Assembly (NCBI GenBank): GCA_040260695.1
Contig: JBDQPG010000002.1
Location: 8,171 to 72,170, forward strand
DNA: 64,000 nt
Origin: Synechococcus sp. SFB_27S_18OctNov_coas_78
GTDB taxonomy: Bacteria; Cyanobacteriota; Cyanobacteriia; PCC-6307; Cyanobiaceae
Direction: 5' to 3'
Of this stretch, positions 62,743 through 64,000 are shown piece after piece. The notes under the pieces were generated by a model that was not told the DNA's origin, ran no database searches, and saw only the letters and a program-made list of their open reading frames with translations. Both the position numbers and the translations under genes were made by a program. The first letter of the stretch is position 1. Each line of letters opens with the position of its first letter.

Positions 62743-63399
62743 ATGGCGAACTCTTCGCCCGTTTACGACTGGTTCCAGGAACGTCTGGAAATCCAGGACA
62801 TTGCTGATGACATCGGCACAAAATACGTCCCCCCCCACGTCAATATTTTTTATTGCCTGGGTGGGATCACGTTGGTCTGCTTCCTGATCCAGTTCGCGAC
62901 AGGGTTCGCGATGACCTTCTATTACAAGCCAACGGTTGCGGAGGCCTACACCTCTGTTCAGTACCTGATGACCGATGTCAGCTTCGGCTGGCTGATTCGC
63001 TCGGTGCATCGCTGGAGTGCCTCGATGATGGTGCTCATGCTGATTTTGCATGTGTTCCGGGTCTATCTCACCGGTGGTTTCAAGCGTCCTCGTGAGCTCA
63101 CCTGGGTGACTGGTGTCACCATGGCTGTCATCACTGTTTCGTTCGGTGTTACTGGCTACTCACTCCCTTGGGATCAAGTTGGCTACTGGGCTGTGAAGAT
63201 TGTCTCTGGCGTTCCAGCAGCGATCCCCGTGGTTGGAGATTTCATGGTTGAGTTGCTTCGCGGTGGAGAAAGCGTTGGTCAAGCAACCCTGACTCGCTTT
63301 TACAGTCTCCACACCTTTGTGATGCCTTGGCTCCTCGCGGTGTTCATGCTCATGCACTTCCTGATGATCCGCAAACAAGGTATTTCCGGTCCCTTGTGA
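62743..63399 (+). CDS. petB: Cytochrome b6
   Basis: [32 protein letters not shown]. Confidence 0.99.
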   Translation: MANSSPVYDWFQERLEIQDIADDIGTKYVPPHVNIFYCLGGITLVCFLIQFATGFAMTFYYKPTVAEAYTSVQYLMTDVSFGWLIRSVHRWSASMMVLMLILHVFRVYLTGGFKRPRELTWVTGVTMAVITVSFGVTGYSLPWDQVGYWAVKIVSGVPAAIPVVGDFMVELLRGGESVGQATLTRFYSLHTFVMPWLLAVFMLMHFLMIRKQGISGPL

Positions 63400-63438
63400 T
63401 CGTTGTTCCTTCCGTTCTTTCAACAACTGGATTAACTG

Positions 63439-63921
63439 ATGCACATTCTCAAGAAGCCTGATCTCTCTGATCCCAAAATGCGGGCCAAGCTCGCCAAAGG
63501 CATGGGTCATAACTACTACGGGGAGCCTGCCTGGCCGAACGACCTTCTTTATATTTTCCCAGTTGTCATTCTGGGTACCATCGCTTGTGTTGTTGGACTT
63601 GCCGTCCTCGACCCTGCAATGTTGGCTGACAAGGCCGATCCTTTTGCGACCCCTCTTGAGATTCTTCCCGAGTGGTATCTCTATCCGGTGTTCCAGATCT
63701 TGCGCGTTGTTCCCAACAAGCTTCTAGGGATCGCGTTGCAAACACTGGTTCCATTGGGCTTGATGTTGGTTCCCTTCATTGAGAGCTTCAACAAGTTCCA
63801 AAATCCATTCCGCCGGCCAGTGGCTATGACTGTGTTCCTGTTTGGAACCATCACCACCATTTATCTGGGGATTGGTGCTGCAATGCCGATCGATAAGTCC
63901 CTCACCCTCGGCTTGTTCTGA
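63439..63921 (+). CDS. petD: Cytochrome b6f subunit IV
   Basis: [25 protein letters not shown]. Confidence 0.99.
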   Translation: MHILKKPDLSDPKMRAKLAKGMGHNYYGEPAWPNDLLYIFPVVILGTIACVVGLAVLDPAMLADKADPFATPLEILPEWYLYPVFQILRVVPNKLLGIALQTLVPLGLMLVPFIESFNKFQNPFRRPVAMTVFLFGTITTIYLGIGAAMPIDKSLTLGLF

Positions 63922-63946
63922 ATTCATTGTCGAATGAATGACCCAG

Positions 63947-63976
63947 AACCCCGGCTCGTCAGAGCTGGGGTTTTTT
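63947..63976 (+). terminator. Rho-independent terminator after petBD
   Basis: AACCCCGGCTC-GTCA-GAGCTGGGGTT followed by TTTT. Confidence 0.88.
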
Positions 63977-64000
63977 ATTGCCGTGTCGATCTAGGTGTTA

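Overview
Chromosomal window from a marine picocyanobacterium; gene content and order point to a marine Synechococcus. Housekeeping flanks (about 1-24,000 and 45,000-64,000) carry recF, ppc, gshA, trpE, psaD, rodA, hemF, pex, purM, panC-cmk, metK, rpsA, nrdR, psbB/T/M, dprA, minCDE, ctpA, petBD and tRNAs for Arg, Cys and Thr. They enclose a ~21-kb phycobilisome rod gene region running from an LMW tyrosine phosphatase gene to tRNA-Phe. That region encodes one phycocyanin and one phycoerythrin-I operon, pebAB, E/F, S/U and T lyases, CpeC/CpeE/MpeD-like/CpcL linkers and AplA, but no PE-II genes and no recognisable PUB lyase-isomerase, i.e. a pigment-type-2-like, PEB-only antenna. The rod region is visibly more GC-rich than its flanks, with the left transition inside cmk, suggesting en-bloc replacement by recombination. 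Other notable observations: housekeeping genes that appear to need non-canonical start codons (CTG for panC-cmk, ATC for recF); unannotated small ORFs (a Met-rich 54-aa peptide abutting cpeS and a 37-aa membrane peptide); an orphan protein with a CpcD-like motif; a Cys-poor double-domain linker; a structured cpeBA leader; and a LexA-like box before dprA. No CRISPR array, integrase or transposase was seen. I found no clearly novel self-contained system; the best candidates are uncharacterised genes embedded in the antenna region.
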